DNA of 36,179 bases, counting the filler, from Stramenopiles sp. TOSAG23-3 (taxonomy: Eukaryota), in assembly GCA_900128585.1 (NCBI GenBank). It is 18 parts of 18 records of this genome, joined end to end, with 100 filler letters (N's around TTAATTAATTAA, not from the genome) between each part and the next. Parts side by side here need not be neighbours in the genome. Positions count along the whole stretch, not along the records: positions 1 to 1,925 come from LT645236.1; positions 2,026 to 3,950 come from LT645237.1; positions 4,051 to 5,974 come from LT645238.1; positions 6,075 to 7,997 come from LT645239.1; positions 8,098 to 10,020 come from LT645240.1; positions 10,121 to 12,042 come from LT645241.1; 12 more parts are not named here. One strand, given 5' to 3'. Every line of letters starts with the position of its first letter. The first letter of the stretch is position 1. A program made the translations under genes and the position numbers. The notes beneath the pieces were generated by a model. It saw only the letters and a program-made list of their open reading frames with translations, ran no database searches and was not told where the DNA came from. This document shows, one piece after another, positions 1 through 10,649 of this stretch.

Positions 1-750
1 TTTTATTTCTTCTTCTTTCCTTTGGACGACGCTAGCTTTTTCTTAGGCATGGTGCAGGCAGGCGATGACGATAAATATTAGGGGGGAGGGTGTACCAAAC
101 GTAAATGTCTCTCCACACAAATCAACAATACAGAAAACTTGTACAGAAGGACCTCAAACTTAAACCAGCAATATCAATCCATATGTATAAATTTTGATCT
201 CGTCTTATCTGTTCAAACTTACATTTGATTCATAGATTCCACAAGTTAATTTAACGGGCGATGGAATGAGGGAAGGAAGGAAGAAGAAAGGAAAAAAAAT
301 TGACGACAAAATTCAGTCGAAATTTTACGGTAAGGTAGTTTATTACAATTGGATAAATATAAATGACTATTTTTATGCTACATAATGTATCTTAAAGGAT
401 TGAGATTAAATAAATTTTAACACACTGCACTATACAAATAGCATGTAAAAATATTAAAAGTATTCCTTTAACATCAATACAGTATATAAATTATGAATAT
501 ATATAATACCTTAATAGTATGGTATTGCCTATTAAACACCTAAAAAAGAAAAAGAAAGAATAATAACGTCTGATGGATATTTTATATAAGAATAGCATTG
601 AGATTGAATCCAAGAAGCAATATTTTTTATTCCCTTTGCTATGTTCATATTAATTAATGTCCTTCAAACTCAAACCAAAAAAAGGAAATTCAAATTAATT
701 ACATTGCAATAGCATCGCAGAAGAGAGATTAAGAAGAGCAGCATTTTAAA

Positions 751-820
751 GCAAAGCAAAGCAAAGGAAAGCAAAGCAAAGGAAAGCAAAGCAAAGGAAA
801 GGAAAGCAAAGGAAAGGAAA
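751..820. repeat. Pentanucleotide microsatellite G[C/G]AAA x14
   Basis: Uninterrupted run of GCAAA/GGAAA units in AT-rich non-coding DNA. Confidence 0.9.
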
Positions 821-1414
821 GAACCCGCGAAATGACATGGAGGACCATTTTAGATAGGAATGATTTTTAGTATACAACATATTGTACTTAAACGATAAAG
901 AGATGGCCCATCCAATACAACTTTATTTACATAAGAACAGTGAGGAACATATACACAGCATAGATGTTCTTCGAATTAACGGTTTTTCACTCGTTGTATT
1001 TGATAGGGATATATAGATTATTAGATTACAAAATATAGTACAGCATTGTCAATAACTTTTTATGATCATCCAAACCGTTTCCATAAATTTAGACATTTGT
1101 TAAGGATATTGAGATTCGAATTGATTTATAAGTACATTTTATTCACTTTAAGGTGAATTAAAGGAACATATATATTAACGTCATATATTTTGTATACCTT
1201 AATTAGAAACCACTCTGAATTCGAAGGTTTTCTCTGCAACAAATTTTCATTACTTATACACGCAAACTATGTACAAACGACGCGCAAGTGGACGTAGGGA
1301 ATGAATGAATAAACCAAATTGTTTTGGTTAATGAGAGAACATTAAAAGTCCCAACACGATTTCGTTCGCCAATTCCGTTCCTTCTTTCCTTTTCCATTTG
1401 ATTTTCCTAGAAGT

Positions 1415-1925
1415 ATGAGCATCGCCGCGTTTGCCGGTGGGAACACGGCGGGTGCGAGCAGAAGGGTGCGCAACGCTCGCTTGAGCCCCCCGAAGAACAA
1501 CACGATGGCATACCGTCAACCGCAAACGCAGCAGTTGGCATCCATGTCCCGGTTTGATGCTGCGGCACAATATAAAGCACAAGTAGAGGAAGAATACGCA
1601 CGCTTGAACGCGATCTACGAGGCCAAGCGCGCGCGGGAGGCGACGGGGCAGGCCAGCCGGCAGCAGCAGGACGTTCGGTTGCACCCCGACGCCAAGATGG
1701 ACTGGGGCGGCCACGTCATCCCTGCCAACTCGAAGAAGCACGACACGAGCCATGTGTCGCACAACGTCCACGTCTCTGCGGAGAATGGGTGGCTCATGCC
1801 GAGCGAGCGTGCAGAAATGGAGCGCAAGGCAAACCGGAAGAAAAGGTTCGAGAGGGACATCAATTTTATGGGTGCGGAGGCCGAGGCGGAGGGCCTGCCC
1901 CTCCACACGGCAACTTACCAGCAGG
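1415..1925 (+). CDS. Hypothetical protein, 3'-truncated by contig end
   Basis: GC-rich ORF (MSIAAFAGG...) starting abruptly after AT-rich DNA and a pyrimidine tract ending in TAG at ~1410 (possible upstream splice acceptor); charged coiled-coil-like segment; no family recognised. Confidence 0.65.
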
Positions 1926-2025
1926 NNNNNNNNNNNNNNNNNNNNNNNNNNNNNNNNNNNNNNNNNNNNTTAATTAATTAANNNNNNNNNNNNNNNNNNN
2001 NNNNNNNNNNNNNNNNNNNNNNNNN
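1926..2025. other. Artificial contig linker N44-TTAATTAATTAA-N44 (first of 17)
   Basis: Identical 100-bp linkers at 1926, 3951, 5975, 7998, 10021, 12043, 14063, 16080, 18097, 20112, 22125, 24135, 26144, 28153, 30160, 32167 and 34174; contig lengths between them decrease monotonically (1925 to 1906 bp). Confidence 0.99.
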
Positions 2026-2887
2026 TGTGTGTTGCTTTGCCATCTTGGCTGTTGGGTCTGCTTTTCCAGCGGGGTTTACGTCCGATTTAAACTCAATTAT
2101 GTTCTTGATTTGGTTGTTGTTGTTTTGGGGTGGTGCCATCATGCCCATTGCGACCGGCCTCATCCTGAGCTCGGTGCACATCAGCTTGCGGTCGTTCTCG
2201 AGCGCTGTCTCAATGTGCACCTACAATTTACTAGGGTACTCTCTTGGAGGATTTTTGCCTGGAATGCTCCAACAGATCGTTGAGGACAATTTTCAGATCA
2301 GCCGGGCCCGGTCCCTGGCCTGGGGCGTTCGTCTCATCTTATTTTGGTCCCTTTTTGGCCTACTCTTCGGGGGTTTGGCAGCAATAACCAGTCATAGGAA
2401 GCTACAGAAGTCCCTGGCTGCTCCTAGTCCACGGCGACAAAAAAGGCGGGCCAAGAAACGGAAAGTTGAACGGGACCTTGCGCATATAGTCGCTGAGACT
2501 GGGGGAGACTTCGCCGAGGAGCGACATCTTGATTTTGACATGGACCTTGACGAGTCCCTCGGTCGTGGAGGTTACCAGCACGGCCCAGACGCAGACGACG
2601 AGGGCATCAGCGACGGGGCAAGCGAATATTCTGTTGCCAACGACGATAGTTCTGACGAAGAGTTTTACGATGGCTCAGTAACCGCCGATGATATACAGTA
2701 CGAATTTTCACGGCAGCCCTATGTCCCAGTGTTCACGGGCGGGGCCAACGTGATAAACGAATTGGCAAGTTCGTTGTCAGACTATGGATCTGGCATGGAG
2801 CATTACATAAACCGAGAGAGAAGCGTCCAATCAGGAAACGGTCGGACGGTGCAGCGCTATTCTTTTGATGATTTGAGTGATGCATAG
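2026..2887 (+). CDS. MFS transporter, Spinster-like, C-terminal part (5'-truncated)
   Basis: Hydrophobic helices with WLLLFWGGAIMPIATGLILSSV..LRSFSSAVSMCTYNLLGYSLGGFLPG, matching the last TM helices of protist Spinster-type MFS proteins; then a basic patch and acidic cytosolic tail. Confidence 0.7.
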
Positions 2888-3399
2888 AGAGTTAAATTAC
2901 TACGAGGAACCGCGGAGAGGAGGAGTCAAAAGTCCGTCCTACCGCTCTGTTATTTCTTTATATTTATATTGACACAGCATTGTTGTCCAAAAAAAAAAAC
3001 ACGTTAATAATACCTGACTGACCAATAGATTTGCTCTTTAAAATAATTTAAAATCATACCTGTACGGGTAGTCTAATTTAGCTATGGGAACAGGTAAAAG
3101 TCGGCCTAATAATCATCATCTTAATTAATGCTGTGTGTATTTATTCTTGTATTATATATCATCACATCATCATTCATTCTCCAACAAAAAAATTGTTCGA
3201 ATTTTACTACAAGAAATGAATGAAGAGAAGTAAGTGGGAAGAGGAATAAGTGAAGGAAAGTGGTGTTGGGGGTGATTTCAAGACCGATTACGGAATTGTG
3301 AAACTACGACAAAAAAAACAGCGTCCCAAGGTCTAAAATATATTTCATACCAATCGTACCTCACTTCTTTTTTCGCTTAACGGTAGTCAATACGACACG

Positions 3400-3950
3400 A
3401 TGGAATTTCCCTATGACGATGAGGGCTTGCAGACAACTACGTCTACGACGCAGCAAGAATGTGAAGAAACCTGCTTTTCTTGCTTGCAAGACAATTTGAA
3501 AAGTCATCACCATCTGTTCCGTGATATGCATGCAGATTTTTGTAGAAAGGGCTTAGAGAGGCTGCCACGAGGCTTTGTTTCCCTAGACGCGAGCAGACCA
3601 TGGTTGTGCTATTGGATGCTGCACAGCCTTTGCCTTCTGGCCGAGCTCCCAGGCACTGCACTTCTTGATCGAGTTGTAAATACTTTGAAAAGATATCAAA
3701 ATCCACAGACTGGTGGATTTGGTGGGGGGTCGCACCAATTATCGCATTGTGCGCCAACGTACTCGGCGTGCTTGGCCCTCTTGACTGTAGGGACGACAGA
3801 GGCATACGGCATCATCGACCGCAAGAAAATGTATAAATTCTTCTTGTCGATGAAGGCCCCCTGTGGCGGCTTCCGCATGCACGATGATGGAGAAATAGAT
3901 GTTCGGGCTACGTACACAGTACTTGCGGTGTCCTCTCTTTTGAACATAAT
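3400..3950 (+). CDS. FNTB: Protein farnesyltransferase subunit beta (3'-truncated)
   Basis: LPRGFVSLDASRPWLCYWMLHSL, GGFGGG..QLSHCAPTY and GGFRMHDDGEIDVRATY are diagnostic of FNTB/RAM1/ERA1 prenyltransferase repeats. Confidence 0.95.
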
Positions 3951-4051
3951 NNNNNNNNNNNNNNNNNNNNNNNNNNNNNNNNNNNNNNNNNNNNTTAATT
4001 AATTAANNNNNNNNNNNNNNNNNNNNNNNNNNNNNNNNNNNNNNNNNNNNT

Positions 4052-4684
4052 GACAGGCCTTCGGAGAAAATATCAGCACACTTTAAATCTGTAATAAATT
4101 TTATCCACAAGGCCCGCTCAGAGGGTAAAGTGGTCGTTATTTTGGACAAACCTGCTGTTGCAGTCCACACGGAGTTTACTGTATATTCTCACATAAACAA
4201 CGGCAATAAGACGAAAGATTTCGATGGAGAAGCGTTTTACCAGCATGCATTGATCCAGAAAACGGTTTTATTGAATGCGTACACGTATTATTTGTACGAT
4301 ACGAAAGGAGAAAAGAGAGCGCATTTCAAATTGACTGCCCCCTTGATATCTGCAAGGATGCAGTACGAGTAAGTTCTCATCGACGCCATCCAGGGCGGTT
4401 TTCTTTCTTGCCTTCCTTCCTTCTCCTCGCCACACCCCCTGATCCCTGTGGTGTGTGTGATATCTTTCCTATCTTGTAAACCCACGTCGCTAACTTCGCC
4501 TTTCCCTTTCACCTCTTCCAGCGTTATTAGCTGCTTGAATGATGAGTTGATTGCCACTATTGGGGAATCTTTCTTCTTCAAAATGGCCTTAAACAACATG
4601 TATGCGGTGGAATGCGCGAAGGGTGTCGATTCTGTCGCAGTCCTTGCCAGCGCTATCGTTGTCGACACGGTTCACGACGGATAG
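4052..4684 (+). CDS. LURP-one-related/tubby-C-like (scramblase-fold) protein, two exons (..4368 and 4522..4684), 5'-truncated
   Basis: Intron 4369-4521 has GTAAGT donor, GCTAAC branch point (4489-4494), pyrimidine tract and CAG acceptor; splicing joins the two listed ORFs in frame (..MQYD/VISCLND..). The end YAVECAKGVDSVAVLASAIVVD matches the LOR/tubby-C terminal hydrophobic helix. Confidence 0.65.
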
Positions 4685-4834
4685 CAGTTTTCGTGCGTGT
4701 ATTAGTTGGTGTTTTCTTGTTCGTTCTGATTGACCAACCGCCATCCGCTGCCGGCTAACTTTTTTAAGTCAAGTGTAGTGAAGAAAACGTGGCGGCACGC
4801 ATGCACTAAAAAATAACATAAACTTAAATTCTAG

Positions 4835-4906
4835 AAATAACAGCCAATTTTCTTGTTTTAATTCTAGAACTTACATTCCAAACAAGAAAATTGGCTGTTA
4901 TTTAAG
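4835..4906. repeat. Perfect 24-bp inverted repeat formed by two copies of the dispersed ~27-bp element
   Basis: AAATAACAGCCAATTTTCTTGTTT (4835-4858) and its exact reverse complement (4880-4903) with a 21-nt spacer, between convergent gene ends. Confidence 0.9.
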
Positions 4907-5123
4907 TATCATATGATAATTAAAATAATTAATTTTCTTGCTTTAATGAATCTGCCCCTTTTGCCCATTAGAGGTTTACGTTCCTTCATGTGCTCCGAAC
5001 TTATAAACTTAGAACTTACATTTAAACTTATGGACTTGTACTAAAGTCCACAACTCATACTCGTGCCGTAATAATGCAAAAATGCCCATATTTTCTTGAG
5101 GGGAACCGGAGGGTCAGGCCAGG

Positions 5124-5974
5124 TCAGTTCAGCTTCCCGTTGTTGCCATTGTTGTGCTGCTCACAGCCCATGCAGGAGAGAAGACCGAATGTGGCGATAA
5201 TCCCAATAACAAGCCCCAACACCCCGGTTCCGACTGCGATGAAGACCGACCCCTGATTTTGGATCAGGCCGGAGCGGCCACAGCCATGGGTAATGGCGAT
5301 GGTCTTTGCCAAGGCTCTGTCAAACGAAGACTGGATTAAATATGCCAGGTTCTTGTAGTTTTGGCCAAAGTCTCGCAGACTCTCGTCCCCTATACTAATC
5401 GAAAACCCCCGGATAAATGCCTCCTCTCCCATGGACGACATGGGACTGATCTGAAATTGCAAGATTTGCCGGTGCCCATAGTGCTCCGTTTTATGCTCTA
5501 TATCAATCATGAATTCTATATTGTGCCGATAGGCACCCTCCAAACTCCGCAAGTCGCTTGCATTAAGCAACCGGAATCGATGGTCCGGCCCGTTGCCACG
5601 GTTCAGGACGCTGGTAATACGGGAAAACGCACACTTTGTATCGCACCCTTTGGGGGATACTACTTGGACGGTGCAGCAGGCGTGGCCGCAAGTTCCAACG
5701 TCTTCGTGGTTGCAGTACCGTCGCTGGTGCACTTTGTGGACTGGTTTGAACAGGGCGTGCTCGTTGTCTAGCAAATCAGGGGGCAACGGCAAGCACGTTC
5801 CGTTCGTGTGAAGCTGCGGGAACGCGTGCTCAAAGTCTTGAAACCCCCCGCCGTTCGACGATTTGCTGGAAACGGACGCCTTGAGCCTTTGTCGAGGGTG
5901 ACGCTGCACGTTGTGCTGTTGGTGCTGCGGGTGCGTCCCATGTGAGACCCTGTGCGTATCGAAGGCAGACTTTG
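5124..5974 (-). CDS. Cys-containing membrane-anchored protein of unknown function (possible DUF1499-like), 5'-truncated
   Basis: Long ORF with CGHACC, GPDHRF and IRGFSIS...DFGQNYKNL motifs and one C-terminal TM helix (VFIAVGTGVLGLVIGIIATFGLL). Family call is from memory of motif resemblance only. Confidence 0.55.
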
Positions 5975-6074
5975 NNNNNNNNNNNNNNNNNNNNNNNNNN
6001 NNNNNNNNNNNNNNNNNNTTAATTAATTAANNNNNNNNNNNNNNNNNNNNNNNNNNNNNNNNNNNNNNNNNNNN

Positions 6075-7617
6075 TCTTCATCCCCGGGCTTTCCTTCCAC
6101 CGGTTGTCCAGCACCACTTCGTCACGGAGGCTCGGGTTTTTGGGGGAATTCGTCAGTGCGTTGGCAAAGTTTCTCGCCCCTTGCTCCAAATCCTCGTGCT
6201 TTCCCGCCGTGAGAACGACAATGCGATACGGCGCAATCGCCTCCGGCCACCGAATCCTGCCGCTTCCCCCGTCCGTGGGGTCGTGCAAGGCCTCCACGGC
6301 GGCGGCCATGATCCGGGAAATTCCCAACCCGTAACAGCCCATCTCCATCTCCTCGGGCCGCCCGTTCGCGTTCGTAAACTTGGCGCCGAGGGCCGAAGAG
6401 TACTTCTTCCCCAAGTAAAAAATGTGCCCGACTTCGATCCCTTTCTTCGAGTGGAGCGCCCCGTTTCCGTCGCACTGGGCGCACCCGTCCCCCGCTTCGC
6501 TCAGGACAACGTCCGCCGCCACGCCGTCCCCGCCTCGGGCGACCGAGAGGTCCACCACGTTCGTGACCACGCTCCCCTCGGCGTGGGGTGCGTCGACGGC
6601 CTTAGCGTCTTGGACCGTCAGTGTCGAGGGCAGCAGGGCGTTCCACACGTTCAGCAATTTGACCATGTTCACCGATCGCCCCTGCGGGACCGTCGCCCGT
6701 ACCACCGGCAGCCCACGCGCCTCGTCCCCCCCCTTCCCTTCGCCCCCGTCAACCACCTTGGTCGCACGGTAGTACACGGTCTCCGCCTGGTCGGTGGGGG
6801 GGAGGCTGGACGTGGCCTTTTCCGCGTTCGCAGCGTACTGCCCGCAGTCGCAGATCAGCACGTCGTCCTCCCCGACGTCTGCGAGGATCTGGAACTCGTG
6901 GGAGAGGCTCCCGCCGATGTTTCCAGTGTCCGCCTCGACCTCGACGTACTTGAGGCCCAAGGTTTTGAAAACGTTGTGGTACGCCTGCCGCACGCTCTCG
7001 TAGGTGGCGTGGGCCTCCTCGACCGTTTTGTCGAAGGAGTACATGTCCTTCATGATGAACTCCCGGGACCGCATGAGGCCGTACCTCGGGCGCCGCTCGT
7101 CCCGGTACTTTCGCCCGATCTGGTACAGGGCGACCGGAAGGTCCTTGTGGGAAAACACGTTGTTCGCCACGAGGTCCGTGACGACCTCTTCGTGGGTCGG
7201 ACCGAGGCAGTACTCGTGCTGGTGCCTGTCCCGGAGCCGAATGAGCTCGTCCCCGGTCGTCTCCCAGCGGCCCGTCTTCTTCCAAAGGTCTGCCCCGAGG
7301 AGGAGCGGCATCGAGACCTTTTGCCCCGCCGGGGTCGTCGTCGTCATCGCCAGGTCGACCAATTTTTCTATCTTGTTCAGCACCCTCACCGCGATGGGCA
7401 AGTAATTGTACACCCCCGCCGCCGTTTGCCGAATGTACCCCGCCCTCAGGAGGAGCTGGTGGGACGGAATCGCCGCCTCCGCCGGTGTTTCCCGGAGCGT
7501 CGGCAAAAACATGTCCGTCCGTTGCAAGGTGAACATGTTCCGGTGGGAAACGAGTGGAACGGCGTGTTTACCACGAAAGGGCCGTTGAATCGACCGTTGG
7601 AGTCGCAACCTGTACAT
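6075..7617 (-). CDS. PARS2: Prolyl-tRNA synthetase, bacterial-type organellar (probably mitochondrial), 3'-truncated
   Basis: SHQLLLRAGYIRQ, CLGPTHEEVVT, YQIGRKYRDERRPRYGLMRSREFIMKDMYSF (motif 2), GIEVGHIFYLGKKYS, MGCYGLGISR (motif 3); Arg-rich, acid-free N-terminus from ATG 7617 resembles a mitochondrial presequence. Confidence 0.95.
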
Positions 7618-7909
7618 GTTCGACAGAGCGAGAGGGGGCGATAGGTGGGAAGGAATAATAGATATCTGTCGTAGCAGAGAACGAACGCCAAATCCACCAC
7701 CCACCGTACGGACAAACGAAAGAAAAGATCCAGACAAAATCTAACTACAAACAAACCACGCACTTTCTCCTCTCTATTTCAATTCCTTTCTTATTATTGC
7801 ACATTTAAAATCAAAATAAAGAAAGAACGTGTTTAATATCACATATCACATATCTCTCAATCCCTTCTTTTTTGTTGATTGAATGTCAAATGTCAAATTG
7901 AATCTAAAA

Positions 7910-7997
7910 CAAAAAAAGAGAAGAAGAAGAAGAAAGAAAGAAGAAGAAACAAAGAAGAAGAAACAAAGAAGAGAAGAAAAAAAGAAAGAAAGAAGAA
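7910..7997. repeat. GAA/GAAA low-complexity purine tract at contig end
   Basis: Almost only A and G; similar tracts terminate several other contigs. Confidence 0.8.
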
Positions 7998-8283
7998 NNN
8001 NNNNNNNNNNNNNNNNNNNNNNNNNNNNNNNNNNNNNNNNNTTAATTAATTAANNNNNNNNNNNNNNNNNNNNNNNNNNNNNNNNNNNNNNNNNNNNAAA
8101 GACCATTAACAAGAAACGAAATGAAACAAAAACCTACCATAGAAGCATTAGACCGACTAACACAGGAAGTCAAACGGGGTAGAAATGTCTTTTTAACTAT
8201 GTTCCAAAATACTATCGGTATGAACAAAACACAAGGAGAGGTCAAAGTTACTGCTAAAGAAGGAATAGGAAAGCTCGGGCTAA

Positions 8284-10020
8284 ATGGGGAGGCCTGCGGC
8301 GGAGGGACTGTCCTGCGGGGGCGTTCTGCACAATTCGGTGTACGAGAGCGCGCCGCCCCCGAAAGCTAAGACGTCGCCGACCCTTCGGCCAAAGGCTTCA
8401 CCAATTCCTTCGGGCCTCGAGTACGTCGGTTGCTTTAAGGATCAGCTTTCTCCCCTCGCAATCAACGCCCTGCCGATATTCTTCTGCCCAATGGGTCTGC
8501 AGTACTGCCCAGGGGAGACCCCCGTGGTGGACGGCATTGCCATGGCCTGCGTGGAACCAGAGAGTGGAACCCCCCGGCAATGTTCGGGCCTGTTCGACGC
8601 TGACGCCTGTGCTCGGTTTCAGGGCCCTACTGCTGGGACCATTCCGCAGATGTCCCTGGAAGTGTGTGACGCAGCCTGCACAGGGTTCAAGTATTTTGGG
8701 TTGAACAATGGGGACAGATGTTACTGTGGCTCAGAAGTGGTGATATCGCCCACCGCGTTTGCCAACGCGACGGAAGACAAATGTTCCGCTCCTTGTACAG
8801 GAAACAAGGCCGAGACGTGCGGGGGGAAGGCGATTGATTCTTCTGGACGCTTCACGTCAGTGTACCGTCGATCGGACGGGAGAGTCGATTCCGTAATTCA
8901 GCGTCGTGCTAGAACTAACCTGCATGTCGTCCCACCTTCCAAGGTGGCCAGTGCGGCATTCCCGAACTTGCAGCAAGATGTTGTTACCGGCAGAAAAGGT
9001 TTGGCCCTCCCGACAGAGCGCGTAAAACAACGAAGAAAGTTGAATCCCCGCGACGATGAAGTTGCCCAACGTTCCGTTGCAAATGGAATTCCCAGGGGCG
9101 TTGCGATATGCCGAAGCCATCCTTGCAAGAATCCTCCAGCGGAATTGGATTGGGAGAAGAAGGGAGGGGTAGTCACGCCCGTGAAAGATCAAGGAGCCGC
9201 GTGCAATGCTTCGTGGGCCTTTGCTGCGGTTGCGGCGGTGGAGAGTGCATCCGCACTGGCAACTGGCCGGCTGGTTGGCCTGTCCGAGCAGGAGCTTCTG
9301 GACTGTGGCTGGAACTTTGGGCTGCAGAGCTGCCGCGGTGGAAGCGTGGACCGTGCGTTCCGTTACATTGCGCAGATCGGGTTGAGCACGGAGAATTCCT
9401 ACGTGTACAGTGGCAGGGCCAACCGCTGTTGTGGGAGCTCCCAGGGGTACACCGGGGTCCCCTCCCAGGAGGGCCAAGGCATGCAGGCATTTTGCGATTT
9501 AAACCCCATGAACGAGAGCGAGCTTGTTGGAGCACTGCAATTCCAGCCCGTTGCGGTGGGGCTTGCAGTGGACGAGGAATTCATGAGCTACAAAGGGGGA
9601 ATTTTGAATTCCAAAGCTGGCAGCACGGATGGGCGCCCACTGAACCATGCGGCGCTTGTTGTTGGCTACACGCCCAGCTACTGGCGTATAAAGAATTCGT
9701 TTGGTGCGCAATGGGGAGAAGGCGGCTATGCGAGGCTTGCCCGAAATGTTGGAGGTGCGGGGCAGTACGGTATCCTGACCTCTCCAAGCTACCCCTCGGT
9801 GATCTCCCCGAGCACAAAGTACCCTAAACCGGTCAAGCTCCACAAGTACGACAAGCCACCGTGCAAGGACGGCGAAGCCGAGCTAGCCGTCGCGGGGCTT
9901 CCTGGAAAGATTTGCACTTCGCCGTGTTCGAAAAGCCAGCTTTGCCCGACCAACCAGGGCAAAGGAGCGGACGCGCAGGTTCTGTGCGCCCTGGAGGACC
10001 CGAGGACGCAGCAAAAGTAT
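8284..10020 (+). CDS. WSC domain + papain-family (C1A) domain with catalytic Cys->Ser + Cys-rich C-terminal domain; 3'-truncated, true start uncertain
   Basis: WSC: YVGCFKD...MSLEVCDAACTGFKYFGLNNGDRCYCG...CSAPCTGNKAETCGG (~8416-8870). C1A: LDWEKKGGVVTPVKDQG, CNASWAF, LSEQELLDC, CRGG, LNHAALVVGY, YWRIKNSFGAQWGEGGY (~9133-9800). Confidence 0.9.
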
Positions 10021-10649
10021 NNNNNNNNNNNNNNNNNNNNNNNNNNNNNNNNNNNNNNNNNNNNTTAATTAATTAANNNNNNNNNNNNNNNNNNNNNNNN
10101 NNNNNNNNNNNNNNNNNNNNAAGACTCGGACACGGTTAATGTAAAAGACGATATCGTGGTATAAATGAATCGAATCCCTACATCTCGTTGGAAAAACTTG
10201 CAATTGTTGTATATTTAACTTCTTCTTGTGTAGTACCAGTACGGTATAATATTTAATATTATGAGTTTAATAGTAATAAATAAAATATAATAGACGACTG
10301 ACTAAATATTTAATATAATAGACGACTAACGAGGGAGGATAGGAGTACAATAATTAATATATTAATTTAGAAGAAGACGACTATTTTTTATTACCGCCGA
10401 CCCTTCTTCTTCTTTTTTTTTTATTCGTATTTTCAATTATATTATTATATTAATAATTAATTACACCACTGTGTGTGTGGTAGTAGTACCACAATATGGT
10501 TTGCCCTGCTCAAATTTGTCTTTTTTCTCAAGAAAATGTATGTCTTTATCACGGACGTTTAGTAAAATTGAAAGGGGGATAAAAAGAGAAAATCAGGTTG
10601 ACAAGGCAGTTCCACAATTTAATATACCCTGTATCGATAAGGAAGTGCA

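Noticed and set aside
6181-7644. 487-aa ORF antisense to ProRS
   Set aside because: Shadow frame expected from high GC3; no recognisable motifs.
8121-8369. 82-aa ORF overlapping the start of the WSC-papain gene
   Set aside because: No recognisable family; composition shifts at ~8285, so it may be a foreign fragment; not supportable as a gene.
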